Below, piece after piece: positions 26,936-36,442 of a stretch of 64,000 nt of DNA. Location: positions 18,004 through 82,003 of the forward strand of contig VHBL01000003.1 in the NCBI GenBank assembly GCA_016871995.1. The letters run 5' to 3'. The stretch is from Nitrososphaerota archaeon (GTDB lineage: Archaea; Thermoproteota; Nitrososphaeria; Nitrososphaerales; UBA57). Below the pieces are notes generated by a model. It ran no database searches. It was given only the letters and a program-made list of their open reading frames with translations, and had not been told where the DNA came from. How positions within the stretch are numbered: the first letter of the stretch is position 1; each line of letters begins with the position of its first letter. The position numbers were made by a program, and so were the translations under genes.

Positions 26936-27285
26936 GTTAGATTCCTAGCATCGCTCGAAATCAGCACGATAAAAAGTAGTTCTGTAACATTAAGGCGAGG
27001 TTAAAAGTACGTCAGAAAACAAAGCATTAACACTTGCCTCGTACTTACGATCCCCCTTGTAGCTTTGTACGCAGCTGCGTCTAGGACCCCTACGCGGGGG
27101 AGTCATGCGTCTGTATATCTGATATTCTGGATTATTTGAGCACACGTCAATAGTAACTTGGTCTGAGGGTACCCGTCTTGCACATAGATGCTATCTATCT
27201 GAAAGTGAAAAGATCGTTAGACACCAGATAAGTAAGAATTTATAAACCATGCAAACAGTCGGTTCACTTCCGCAAAGGTAAGACA

Positions 27286-27807
27286 TTGTCACAAGATTTC
27301 AGGTTCATCGTCAGAATGGCAGGGAAAGACCTGCAGGGCACCAAGACCGTGGCGGCAGCCCTAGCAGATCTGAAAGGCGTGGGATACAATTTAGCAACAG
27401 CCATCTTGGCAGAATGCAAGATAGACCCTAGAAGCAGAGTCGGATCGTTGTCAGACAACCAGATAGCAGATCTTGAAAAGAGCGTAAAGGACATTGGAGG
27501 CCTGAAACTACCTGCCTACCTTTTGAACAGGCAGAAGGACTTGGAAACTGGAAAGAATATACACCTTATAGCCTCTGACCTTGATTTTGCAATAAAAAAC
27601 GGCATTGAAATGGAGAAGAACATGCAGAGCTGGAGGGGAATCAGACATTTCCTTGGCCTGAAGGTTAGAGGCCAAAGAACCAGAACTACGGGAAGAAAGG
27701 GGAGGACTATAGGCGTGAAGAAGGTGACGATGATGCCCGGAGGAAGGCCTGCTCAGACGCCAGCGGCCGCTCCAGCAGCGGCTCCAAAGAAGGAGGAGAA
27801 GAAGTAG
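27286..27807 (+). CDS. rps13: 30S ribosomal protein S13 (uS13)
   Basis: FIVRMAGKDLQGTK...LKGVGYNLA, followed directly by S4 and S11. TTG start. Confidence 0.9.
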   Translation: MSQDFRFIVRMAGKDLQGTKTVAAALADLKGVGYNLATAILAECKIDPRSRVGSLSDNQIADLEKSVKDIGGLKLPAYLLNRQKDLETGKNIHLIASDLDFAIKNGIEMEKNMQSWRGIRHFLGLKVRGQRTRTTGRKGRTIGVKKVTMMPGGRPAQTPAAAPAAAPKKEEKK

Positions 27808-28347
27808 ATGGGAGATGTTAAGAAGCCAAGAAAGCAGTTTTCATCTCCAAGAAACCCTTGGAAGAGCGAAGACCTCTCTCAAGAGCTGTATCTTGTGGGA
27901 ACCTATGGCCTGAGGAATAAGAGGGAACTGTGGAAGGCTAAGACAGAACTATCGAGGGTTAGGAAGCAGGCGAGGGAACTTTTGGCTGCACCTGCAGAAG
28001 TAAGAGCTAAACAAGAAGCCAAACTACTCAAATACCTTAACAGGATTGGGGTTCTAGGCGAAACCGCGACTCCAGACGATATCCTTGGTTTGAGCATAGA
28101 GAACTTCCTAGACAGGAGGTTGCAGACTGTGGTATGGAAGAAGGGCCTTGCACGGACTCCGTTTCAGGCAAGGCAGATGATCACCCATGGGCATATCGTA
28201 ATTTCAGACAGGCGTGTGACAATACCAGGCTATACAGTAAAGGGCAACGAAGATTTGGAGATTAGATTGAGACCAGGAAGCACGATGACCGTAGTTCCAG
28301 CAGAGCAGGGACCTGCTCAAGAGCAAGCTGGAGCAGCTGCAGCTTAA
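27808..28347 (+). CDS. rps4: 30S ribosomal protein S4 (uS4)
   Basis: The KKPRKQFSSPRNPW N-terminus and the S4 RNA-binding domain (ARQMITHGHIVISDRRV). Confidence 0.9.
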   Translation: MGDVKKPRKQFSSPRNPWKSEDLSQELYLVGTYGLRNKRELWKAKTELSRVRKQARELLAAPAEVRAKQEAKLLKYLNRIGVLGETATPDDILGLSIENFLDRRLQTVVWKKGLARTPFQARQMITHGHIVISDRRVTIPGYTVKGNEDLEIRLRPGSTMTVVPAEQGPAQEQAGAAAA

Positions 28348-28358
28348 CGGTGAGATAA

Positions 28359-28757
28359 ATGGCGGAAGAAAATAAAGAACGATGGGGAGTAGTCCACATC
28401 TACAGCAGCTACAACAATACCATTCTGCACGTTACAGACGTTACTGGTGCAGAAACCATAGCCTTCAGCTCTGGAGGTAGACATGTCAAAGCTGACAGAT
28501 TCGAATCATCGCCTTATGCTGCAATGAAGTCTGCTCAAGCCTGTGCTGAAACGGCTAAGAAGAAAGGAATTACTGCCTTACACATAAAAGTTAGGGCAGT
28601 CGGAGGGACAGGTGCAAGAACTCCAGGTCCCGGGGCTCAAGCTGCAATTAGAGCAATTGCTAGGGCTGGCTTCAAGGTTGGGAGGATCGAAGATGTTACC
28701 CCGATTCCCCACGACACTACAAGGAAGGCGGGCGGAAGAAGGGGCAGACGGGCTTAG
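28359..28757 (+). CDS. rps11: 30S ribosomal protein S11 (uS11)
   Basis: [18 protein letters not shown]...[11 protein letters not shown]. Confidence 0.9.
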   Translation: MAEENKERWGVVHIYSSYNNTILHVTDVTGAETIAFSSGGRHVKADRFESSPYAAMKSAQACAETAKKKGITALHIKVRAVGGTGARTPGPGAQAAIRAIARAGFKVGRIEDVTPIPHDTTRKAGGRRGRRA

Positions 28758-29698
28758 GAAACTACCTCTACGGAATCCACCTTTCCATCCCCGTCTAAAT
28801 CATACCCTCTTATTGCAACTGCCCAATTGTCTTCACCTTTGTATCCCTCAAGAACCTTGTCAGCAAAGTTAGCTAGTCCAATAATTGCTGATTTCGTGCC
28901 TACAGCCCTTACTCCTGCTAGGACGATTACAACCCTTGAAGGATCAAATGGGTTCTTTATTCTTGCAATTACAGCATCGCGGTCGATGTTGAAGGTTCTT
29001 CCCAAATTGTCCTTCAGTCCAGCCCAGATATTCTTTTCGTTGAACCTTATCGGAAGGTACTTATTTACATCCAATGAAAGCAAGTTTGTACCCGGCCCTC
29101 CAATGAGTATGAGGTTCTGCCTTACCTCCTTTTCCGTCTTTACGTCCACGTCAAGCTTAACGACAAAATCGCTTGGAATCTTGCATAATTGACCTAAGAA
29201 GAATGCCAGATGTACAGCATAATGACCGTCCCTTGCCATCGTCTTTTCTGGTCCGTGAGGGTCTGGGGATCCTACGACTATCCTTCCATTAAAGGCTCCA
29301 TCTTGGAGAAAGGGCTCAAGAAAAGAGCGCGCATTATAGGTCAGATGCGCGCCCGCAACTGTAAACTTCCTCTCTCCTTTAGGGAGCTCCGCTGCCACGG
29401 CTCCAAAGGGTATTGTGTAGTACCTTGCGACTGCACCCTTGACCATCTCCTCCCTCTCTACTTTTAGGAGGCCAGCCTTAACCAATCTTCTAATGTAAGA
29501 GTAAACCGTTTGTTCATGTATCCTTAACTCCCTTGCTACTTGCGCTGGATACATGGGCCTTTCTGCAAGAAGAGTAGCAATCTTCCACGAAACTGGATTT
29601 AACAGCGGCTTCAGTCTTGATGGCTCCGATGCTACAAGAATGTCTTTGACAAGGAGTCCCTCCTTGCTTTCCCGTATGAGCAGCCGCTTTTTCTCCAC
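28754..29698 (-). CDS. ArsR-type winged-helix protein fused to a domain resembling the S-layer-like C-terminal region
   Basis: The wHTH is [41 protein letters not shown]. The C-terminal part has [11 protein letters not shown] and [16 protein letters not shown] motifs. Confidence 0.55.
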   Translation of the reverse strand: MEKKRLLIRESKEGLLVKDILVASEPSRLKPLLNPVSWKIATLLAERPMYPAQVARELRIHEQTVYSYIRRLVKAGLLKVEREEMVKGAVARYYTIPFGAVAAELPKGERKFTVAGAHLTYNARSFLEPFLQDGAFNGRIVVGSPDPHGPEKTMARDGHYAVHLAFFLGQLCKIPSDFVVKLDVDVKTEKEVRQNLILIGGPGTNLLSLDVNKYLPIRFNEKNIWAGLKDNLGRTFNIDRDAVIARIKNPFDPSRVVIVLAGVRAVGTKSAIIGLANFADKVLEGYKGEDNWAVAIRGYDLDGDGKVDSVEVVS

Positions 29699-29844
29699 AA
29701 GACGTCTTCTGGAGAACCATTATATAATTTTTCATAATGGTCTTCCAACCTATAATCAATTTCCGTTGCGTGAAAGTTCAGCAACTGACGAATCTTGTCC
29801 CAATTATCGGCACGGTTATATGGTCGAAGGATACATGCGCGATA

Positions 29845-32175
29845 ATGAAACAACAGATTACTCCGTTGAGTCTGATTGTGGCAATTCTTCTGCTGGTTTC
29901 ATCGCTGGCAACAATGTCACCACTAACACCCACACCGGTTTCTGTTGCGTACGGACAGGCCTCCGGAGTGGCAGGTGCCAACTGGGAATATGTCAACTCC
30001 CAGCAAGTTGGTGGGAGCTTTAACCCCCAGACCCAGATTACAAAGGACAACATCCAGTATTTGGAGACAAAATGGATCTACCCCTATGTCAGGCCCCCTG
30101 TACCTCAGACGATAGGAAATGGCTATGGTTCTGGTGCAGCCCCCCTAGTGGTCGATGGTGTAGTGTACATTGCAATGAATGATAGACGAATTTTGGCACT
30201 TGATGCTACGACTGGAAGGCTTATGTGGAACAACACATACGGAACCTCCTTCGATTCAGGCGCGCAATTAGCTAAGTATCCATGGCTATCAAGAGCAGGA
30301 GCTCACGTTCACTCAATGAACTTTTACAGAGAGAAAAACTGGCTCATTACGAGTAGCATAGGTTCATGTGAATCATACGCCGTGGATGCAAAAACAGGAA
30401 AGACCGCATGGGTTCTAACAACTGAGCAGATATGTGGGACAACGGCTGAGTTTGGAGAGCCAGCCAAGGGGATTGTGGGTTCCCTTGGGAATCAAGGTTT
30501 CATGTCTGGAGCGGGCTCCCACCCTCCTAAATTACTTGGAAACATCCTGTTCTACCCTGTTCCTGGTGGGAGTGGTTCAGGAGGAAGATCGTTTGTTACA
30601 GCATTTGACATGAGCGATCCTGCAAACCCCAAGAGACTATACAGAACATTTACCCAGCCTCCAGCTCAAGGAGATCCTGAATGGGCGATCAAACAATGTA
30701 CAGAAGCAAATGGTAATGGCTGGTATTTTGAATATCCAAGGTACCTTGAAGGGATAAACCATCCAGCGAGGGACAGAGAACCAACGTACCTAGCAACAAA
30801 ATGCACTGACGTGAGTCCAGATGTTGTAAGGAACGATGGGATGGATCTAGTACCAGGATCTCCAACCTATGGAAAGATGCACACAGCAACCAATCATGGC
30901 TCGGCCGTATGGGGCAACTATCCACTCGACGTTGAAACTGGGATAGTGATTCTTGGATGGGGTGATCAAGGGCCTTATCCTAACCTGACGCATAGATATG
31001 GGCCAGGTCTACATGGTAGCGGCTTCACTGCGCATGACGTTAGAACGGGTAAGCTCGTATGGTGGTTCAACGCGATTCCGCATGACCTCTGGGACTTTGA
31101 CTGTGCTTGGGGGGGCATCCTAGGTAAAACATCTGCAGGACAGAAGATCTACATAAAAGGTTGCAAGAGTGGACAGGTCTGGGGCCTTGATGCAACAACG
31201 GGCAAACCTGTCTGGGTATTCGACGCTCCGACGATTATCAGAAATACGGACATAAACTATGGAGTTGACAAGAACAACAACCCGAGGAGCCCTGATGCCT
31301 GTTGCAGGATGACGAAGGAACATATGGGTAAACCATGGCCTAACTATCCCAGCAAGGAGAAGATGTTCACAATCTGCTACACGCATTGCCTTGAATCCGA
31401 TATAGCTTCTGATGGAAAGTATGTATACGCAGCTACGCATAGCGAGCCGAGGGTCTTAACCGTAACAAATGTGAGAGGCTTTGGCAACCAGGGTTCGGCC
31501 GAAAGACTTTACAATGTAGCCGAGAAGAAATATGCAGCTGTAGCCGGGAGATACACGGAAGCGGACATAAGGGGGCTGACATACACGGTAATCTACGCAT
31601 TTGACATAAGTACAGGAAAGGAGGCGTGGAGAACTAGAATCGATGGTGTACCATTCAGAGGAGGTCTAACTGTGTCTGGCGGAGTTGTCATGGCATATGC
31701 CACTGATGGAAATCTAAAGTTCTTTGATGCAGGAACAGGCAAAATGATTTCCGAAAGATTCTTCGGGGTACCTGTAAATGTTCAACCTGTGATAGGTGCG
31801 ACAAAGGAAGGAAAGATGCGTGTCTTTATGCATGTCGGAGGTGGTGGAGGGATTACCCTCAATAATGCATTACCTATCGATGGTACGCTCGTAGCATTCG
31901 GCCTGCCTGATAAACTACCTGAACCTGTAGTCAAAGAAATCATAAAGGAAGTTCCAAAGGAGGTAGTCAAAGAAGTGGTCAAAGAAGTGGTCAAAGAAGT
32001 GGTCAAAGAAGTGGTCAAAGAAGTACCTAAGGAGGTCATAAAGGAAGTACCTAAGGAGGTAGTCAGGGAAGTGACAGTTGAAACAATTAGTCCAGCATCA
32101 TACGCTGTTATCGGTATAGGGATCGTGCTAATAGTCATATCAGGGATACTCTTCAGCAGAAGGAAGAAAGCGTAA
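29845..32175 (+). CDS. PQQ-dependent-dehydrogenase-like 8-bladed beta-propeller, signal peptide, KEVx repeat stalk and C-terminal TM anchor
   Basis: Repeated blade motifs are ALDATTGRLMW, AVDAKTGKTAW, AHDVRTGKLVW, GLDATTGKPVW and AFDISTGKEAW. ATG 29845 precedes the signal-like LSLIVAILLLVSSLA. Confidence 0.8.
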   Translation: MKQQITPLSLIVAILLLVSSLATMSPLTPTPVSVAYGQASGVAGANWEYVNSQQVGGSFNPQTQITKDNIQYLETKWIYPYVRPPVPQTIGNGYGSGAAPLVVDGVVYIAMNDRRILALDATTGRLMWNNTYGTSFDSGAQLAKYPWLSRAGAHVHSMNFYREKNWLITSSIGSCESYAVDAKTGKTAWVLTTEQICGTTAEFGEPAKGIVGSLGNQGFMSGAGSHPPKLLGNILFYPVPGGSGSGGRSFVTAFDMSDPANPKRLYRTFTQPPAQGDPEWAIKQCTEANGNGWYFEYPRYLEGINHPARDREPTYLATKCTDVSPDVVRNDGMDLVPGSPTYGKMHTATNHGSAVWGNYPLDVETGIVILGWGDQGPYPNLTHRYGPGLHGSGFTAHDVRTGKLVWWFNAIPHDLWDFDCAWGGILGKTSAGQKIYIKGCKSGQVWGLDATTGKPVWVFDAPTIIRNTDINYGVDKNNNPRSPDACCRMTKEHMGKPWPNYPSKEKMFTICYTHCLESDIASDGKYVYAATHSEPRVLTVTNVRGFGNQGSAERLYNVAEKKYAAVAGRYTEADIRGLTYTVIYAFDISTGKEAWRTRIDGVPFRGGLTVSGGVVMAYATDGNLKFFDAGTGKMISERFFGVPVNVQPVIGATKEGKMRVFMHVGGGGGITLNNALPIDGTLVAFGLPDKLPEPVVKEIIKEVPKEVVKEVVKEVVKEVVKEVVKEVPKEVIKEVPKEVVREVTVETISPASYAVIGIGIVLIVISGILFSRRKKA
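31927..32070 (+). repeat. 12-bp-period coding tandem array (12 units, 4 perfect copies of gtggtcaaagaa at 31975-32022) encoding (K-E-V-x)n
   Basis: Direct reading of the sequence. It translates to VVKEIIKEVPKEVVKEVVKEVVKEVVKEVVKEVPKEVIKEVPKEVVRE. Confidence 0.9.
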
Positions 32176-32183
32176 ACAAACTG

Positions 32184-32215
32184 GCCTTGCATATGCAAGG
32201 CATTCATTCTTTTCT
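32184..32215 (+). terminator. Palindromic hairpin plus T-rich tract after the PQQ-like gene
   Basis: gccttgca-ta-tgcaaggc is followed by attcattcttttct. Confidence 0.5.
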
Positions 32216-32462
32216 AATCCATTTTTGTTTCCATTCGACATTTGACGTAATCCAAATAACTAATAAGCTATTTTTAAAAATCAAAAACAATGCCAGAAAA
32301 AGGGGGCTAGGGGCATGGTGAGGAGGGAGACCCTTCTACATCTCAGCAGAGTCATGAAACACTCCTAGTCTCCATGATAGCCATTAAAACGATTACTGTT
32401 TAGCCGCTATATGGTCTTTCATAGCGGTTTCCTAGGTTATCGTGTTGTCAAGAAAAATCGAT

Positions 32463-32527
32463 AAAGAACCACTATATTGTTTTGCATAATGCTTTTGATG
32501 CAGGTTTTGTGGTTCTTTTAAAGAACC
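32463..32527 (+). promoter_or_regulatory. glmS promoter region with three copies of AAAGAACC (one inverted) flanking a TTTTAAA TATA-like box
   Basis: aaagaaccac lies at 32463-32472, gtggttcttt at 32509-18 and aaagaacc at 32520-27. The 17-bp palindrome ggttcttttaaagaacc is centred about 29 nt upstream of the ATG. Confidence 0.45.
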
Positions 32528-32547
32528 CAAATATTCGCTATTAAAGA

Positions 32548-34317
32548 ATGTGCGGGATAATAGGCTACACTGGCAATAAGAACGCAGCGACGGTTCTGCT
32601 GGAATCCTTGAAGAAGATGGAGTACAGAGGCTACGATTCTGCAGGTTTTGGAATTATCCACGATGAATCAATTCAAGTCTTGAAAGACGCAGGAAGAATT
32701 GATGATATTGCCAGCAAGATTAGCATTAGAACCAAGAAAGGCACTACAGGCATAGCACATACTAGGTGGGCCACGCATGGAGGGGTTACCCAGACCAATG
32801 CGCACCCTCACGTTTCCTGCGACGCAAAGATAGCCGTAGTCCATAATGGCATCATCGAAAACTATCAAGATCTTTCTACTCAATTAAAAAAAGAGGGACA
32901 CGGGTTCGGATCTGAAACTGATACCGAAGTCATCGCACACTTGCTTGAGAAATATTATAGAATAGAGAATCACCCTTTAAAGGCTCTACAGCTAGCTGTA
33001 AAGGAGCTCAAGGGAACTTTTGCGACCCTAGCAGTATTTGATGACAAGCCAGATCTGGTATTAGGAGCTAGAAAAGATGCACCTCTTATAGTCGGTTTAG
33101 GTAAAGGAGAGAATTTCATCGCGAGCGACATAGTTTCTTTCATTTCACATACAGACAAAGTCGTATTCCTAAAGGATTACGAAATCGCTTCTGTTACTCC
33201 AAGCAAGGTGCAGATATTCACCTTCGATGGAGAGCCCGTGCCAGCAATCGGTACGCATGTAGCTTGGGAGGCTAGCGATGTTTCAAAGAAGGAGTTTGCC
33301 CATTATACTCTAAAGGAGATAAGTGAACAGGCAAGAACGATAAACGTAGCACTGGATCAGGATGAAAGGAAGATAACTGCCTTCTGCGATGCCATAAGAA
33401 ATGCTGGAAATGTACGCATCACTGCTTCAGGTACCAGTTTTCATGCTGGGATGTTAATGCGATATCTATTGGCAAAACTTGCAAAGATACATACGCAGGC
33501 TTTCCTTTCAAGCGAGATAGATCACGAAATAGACCTTATCGACGAAGAGACCCTTGTCATTGCGATATCCCAGAGTGGCGAGACTGCTGACGTGCTTGAA
33601 GCCGTAAAGAAGGCTGCAGCAAAAGGGGCAAAGATTGTTTCGCTGGTAAATATTATAGGTTCTTCTCTTACCCGTGGGAGCAAAGTTTCCCTAGCGTTGA
33701 ACTGTGGCCCTGAAATTGGTGTTGCAGCTACAAAGAGCTTCACTTCTCAGCTGGCAATAATTTACGATATTGCGTTTAGACTTGCTGGCCTAGGCGAGAA
33801 AAGGAAGCATCTCAATGACCTTAGCAGGTATTTCGAGATTGTGCTGAATCAGGAAGAAAGAATCAAGGAGATTGCAAAGACGCATAAGCTTGCCGCTGAC
33901 TTTTACTTTATTGGTAGAGGCTTGCACTATCCTATAGCCCTCGAAGGGGCTTTGAAGATGAAGGAACTGTCATACATTCATGCAGAAGGTCTTGCTGCTG
34001 GGGAGCTAAAGCATGGAACGTTGGCATTAGTAAATGCAGGAACTCCTGTTATAGTAATCAATCCCAGCGATGAAACCTATAATGAAACATTAAGCAACAT
34101 CTCAGAGATGAAGGCCAGAGGGGCAAGGATAATAGCTGTAAGCGACAAGGATAACGAACTTTACGATGAGGTAATCAGCATTCCTTCTGTAGACCCCGTA
34201 TTCTTCCCCCTGATTGAGGTTATACCTCTACAGATCCTTGCCTACTATGCCGCTATTGAAAGAGCCTTGGATCCTGACTATCCAAGACATCTGGCTAAAT
34301 CTGTAACCGTAAAATAA
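32548..34317 (+). CDS. glmS: Glutamine--fructose-6-phosphate aminotransferase
   Basis: MCGIIGY N-terminal nucleophile, two SIS domains and the C-terminal KSVTVK. 589 aa. Confidence 0.95.
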   Translation: MCGIIGYTGNKNAATVLLESLKKMEYRGYDSAGFGIIHDESIQVLKDAGRIDDIASKISIRTKKGTTGIAHTRWATHGGVTQTNAHPHVSCDAKIAVVHNGIIENYQDLSTQLKKEGHGFGSETDTEVIAHLLEKYYRIENHPLKALQLAVKELKGTFATLAVFDDKPDLVLGARKDAPLIVGLGKGENFIASDIVSFISHTDKVVFLKDYEIASVTPSKVQIFTFDGEPVPAIGTHVAWEASDVSKKEFAHYTLKEISEQARTINVALDQDERKITAFCDAIRNAGNVRITASGTSFHAGMLMRYLLAKLAKIHTQAFLSSEIDHEIDLIDEETLVIAISQSGETADVLEAVKKAAAKGAKIVSLVNIIGSSLTRGSKVSLALNCGPEIGVAATKSFTSQLAIIYDIAFRLAGLGEKRKHLNDLSRYFEIVLNQEERIKEIAKTHKLAADFYFIGRGLHYPIALEGALKMKELSYIHAEGLAAGELKHGTLALVNAGTPVIVINPSDETYNETLSNISEMKARGARIIAVSDKDNELYDEVISIPSVDPVFFPLIEVIPLQILAYYAAIERALDPDYPRHLAKSVTVK

Positions 34318-34954
34318 AAGAAATGTAGAGGTTTATGACCTGACCTCTACAACCATAGGCTCTTCAAGTTCTTGAACTATTGGCAGTACTTCTTTCCGCT
34401 TTGCCCTAGCTGCCAGTATTTCCTTGATTTCAACTTCATCCCAGCAGTCACACATGGCCTCTATAATACGGGGTTTGAATAAAAGCCTTTGTGAAGAAAA
34501 TCAGTTTCTGATAACCTATAGGTCGGGACATATTCGGTCTTTTCTAATTACAACTTCTCCCGTCTAGCATTTATCCGTATTTTAGCGCACATCCCATGCG
34601 CTGTAATCGAAAGTACTCCAAAATTAACCCAGATTATTAGGAGGCTCGCATAGCTCCCTCCACAGAAGTCGATAGTTACTTTAAACGTAGAGTATCCTGA
34701 TGAATTCCAATGGGAAGCTCGTAATGAATCCTCATAGAACGGGGAAAAAGCAGGTTTTGACCACTCAGACAAATAGTAGAGAATGACCCTAGTGCTACTC
34801 TTTTGCTTCCAGTTATCCAATCATAACTAAGAAATATGAGTTGGCATCATAGGATGGGAGAGCAGGAGAGAGAAATGCAAGATACTTTAGAGCGTCTGAA
34901 AAAAGAGGTAAATGATCTAAAAAGGTCTGTTGAAGACTCTGAGTCTGGCTGACA

Positions 34955-35353
34955 GTGCCTCACTTGTTTAGAAAATTCTTGCTCGGGAGGACCGATAAGG
35001 AGGATCCTAGAGGAGCAACTTTCAAGGCTACTCTCAATAATAGTGATTATGCATTTGTCACAATTAGAAAAGGAGCATTAAGAGGAGGACACTATCATGA
35101 CATCGAAACAACTCAGATTATTGTATATGGAAAGATAAAGTTTCAATTCGTTGACCCGCGGACCAGAAAACAATCAGAGACTATAGGTCTTCCAATGGAG
35201 ATCATCCAGATACCTGCAGGCATAGCCCATATTGCCGAGGGTCTGGAAGACTCGATGTTCATCGAACCTGCTAAGGTTGGAAAAACCATCGAATACGAAC
35301 CTCAACGAAAAAGAATTAGAGACATGCTTGAACGTTCGAAAACGTTGAGATAA
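34955..35353 (+). CDS. Cupin-fold protein (WxcM/FdtA-like sugar-nucleotide isomerase-type)
   Basis: IRKGALRGGHYH...QIIVYGKIKF is a cupin pattern. GTG start. Confidence 0.5.
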   Translation: MPHLFRKFLLGRTDKEDPRGATFKATLNNSDYAFVTIRKGALRGGHYHDIETTQIIVYGKIKFQFVDPRTRKQSETIGLPMEIIQIPAGIAHIAEGLEDSMFIEPAKVGKTIEYEPQRKRIRDMLERSKTLR

Positions 35354-35439
35354 CAAAAACTTGAACAGAATGCTGGGGCAAAGAACTATAAGCCAAAAGA
35401 TAAACAGACTAATAGAAACTTGTTTCGGAGCATCAAACA

Positions 35440-36441
35440 ATGGAAATCATAAAAGTTTCAGATCTTAAGAAGGAGTATTCTGATGGAACCAAAGCCATTC
35501 AGGGGATATCATTCTCTGTAGAGGAGGGAGAATTCTTTGGATTCTTGGGCCCCAATGGAGCAGGGAAGAGCACGACGATCAAAATCCTGACGACTCTATT
35601 GCATAAAACCTCCGGGTCTGTTTCTGTAGGAGGTTATGATATCATCACCAATTCCAAGGCAGTAAGGAAGATGATAGGGGTTCAGAGTCAAGATACAGTT
35701 GTAGATGAAGACCTGACTGGCCGAGAGAACATGATACTGCAGGGTCATCTGCAGCAAATTTACGGAAAGGGTCTCGAGGATCGCGTTAACGAATTATTGA
35801 AGATTGTTGGATTAGAGGATGTAGCCGACAAGCGTGCGGCGTTTTACTCTGGAGGGATGAAGAAGAGGCTTGACCTTGCATCAAGTCTGGTGCATAGTCC
35901 GAAGGTATTGTTTCTTGATGAGCCTACTACAGGCCTCGACCCTCAATCAAGGGCTTCCATATGGTCTTACCTGCAGAAACTCAACAAAGAAGGGATAACG
36001 ATATTTCTGACTACTCAGTACATGGAAGAAGCTGACAGGCTCTGTCAAAGACTTTCAATAATTGATCATGGGCAGATTGTGGCTCAAGGAACGCCAGCAC
36101 ATCTTAAGCAGGAGATTGGAGCCGATACGATAAACCTAGCATTGAATCCTGATGCTAACGGAGGGAGGGATTTGGCCAGAAAGGCTCTTGGCAAGCTAAA
36201 AGGAATCAGTAATATCATCGACTCGGACAACGGCCTGACGGTCTATGCAGAGAACGGTGGGTACATTATTCCTGACATAGTAAGGGCCCTTGACGAATCA
36301 AACATTAGTCCGTCATCATTGAGCCTTTCGACCCCAACTCTCGACGATGTCTTTCTGAAACATACAGGCAGGCGCATCAGGCCCGAAGAGCTTAGGAAGG
36401 ATGCGTCAGCAGGAAGAATGCTAGGTCGCAGGAGGAGGTAA
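35440..36441 (+). CDS. ABC transporter ATP-binding protein (DrrA-like)
   Basis: Walker A GPNGAGKST, signature SGGMKKRL and Walker B LFLDEPT. Confidence 0.9.
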   Translation: MEIIKVSDLKKEYSDGTKAIQGISFSVEEGEFFGFLGPNGAGKSTTIKILTTLLHKTSGSVSVGGYDIITNSKAVRKMIGVQSQDTVVDEDLTGRENMILQGHLQQIYGKGLEDRVNELLKIVGLEDVADKRAAFYSGGMKKRLDLASSLVHSPKVLFLDEPTTGLDPQSRASIWSYLQKLNKEGITIFLTTQYMEEADRLCQRLSIIDHGQIVAQGTPAHLKQEIGADTINLALNPDANGGRDLARKALGKLKGISNIIDSDNGLTVYAENGGYIIPDIVRALDESNISPSSLSLSTPTLDDVFLKHTGRRIRPEELRKDASAGRMLGRRRR

Positions 36442-36442
36442 G

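Noticed and set aside
26546-27004. 152-aa plus-strand ORF overlapping the 5' part of the YyaL-type gene
   Set aside because: It is antisense to a strongly supported 679-aa gene, and the remaining intergenic part has no coding signal.
31927-32070. Tandem repeat considered as a CRISPR-like array
   Set aside because: The units are 12 bp with no spacers, are in frame, and lie inside a protein-coding gene. No CRISPR array was seen anywhere in the window.
31782-32207. 141-aa minus-strand ORF with LTTS repeats
   Set aside because: It is an artefact of reading the 12-bp KEVx coding repeat on the opposite strand.
32216-32547. glmS ribozyme/riboswitch upstream of glmS
   Set aside because: The region shows simple hairpins and promoter-proximal palindromes only. 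I could not recognise the conserved glmS ribozyme core, which is in any case known only from bacteria.
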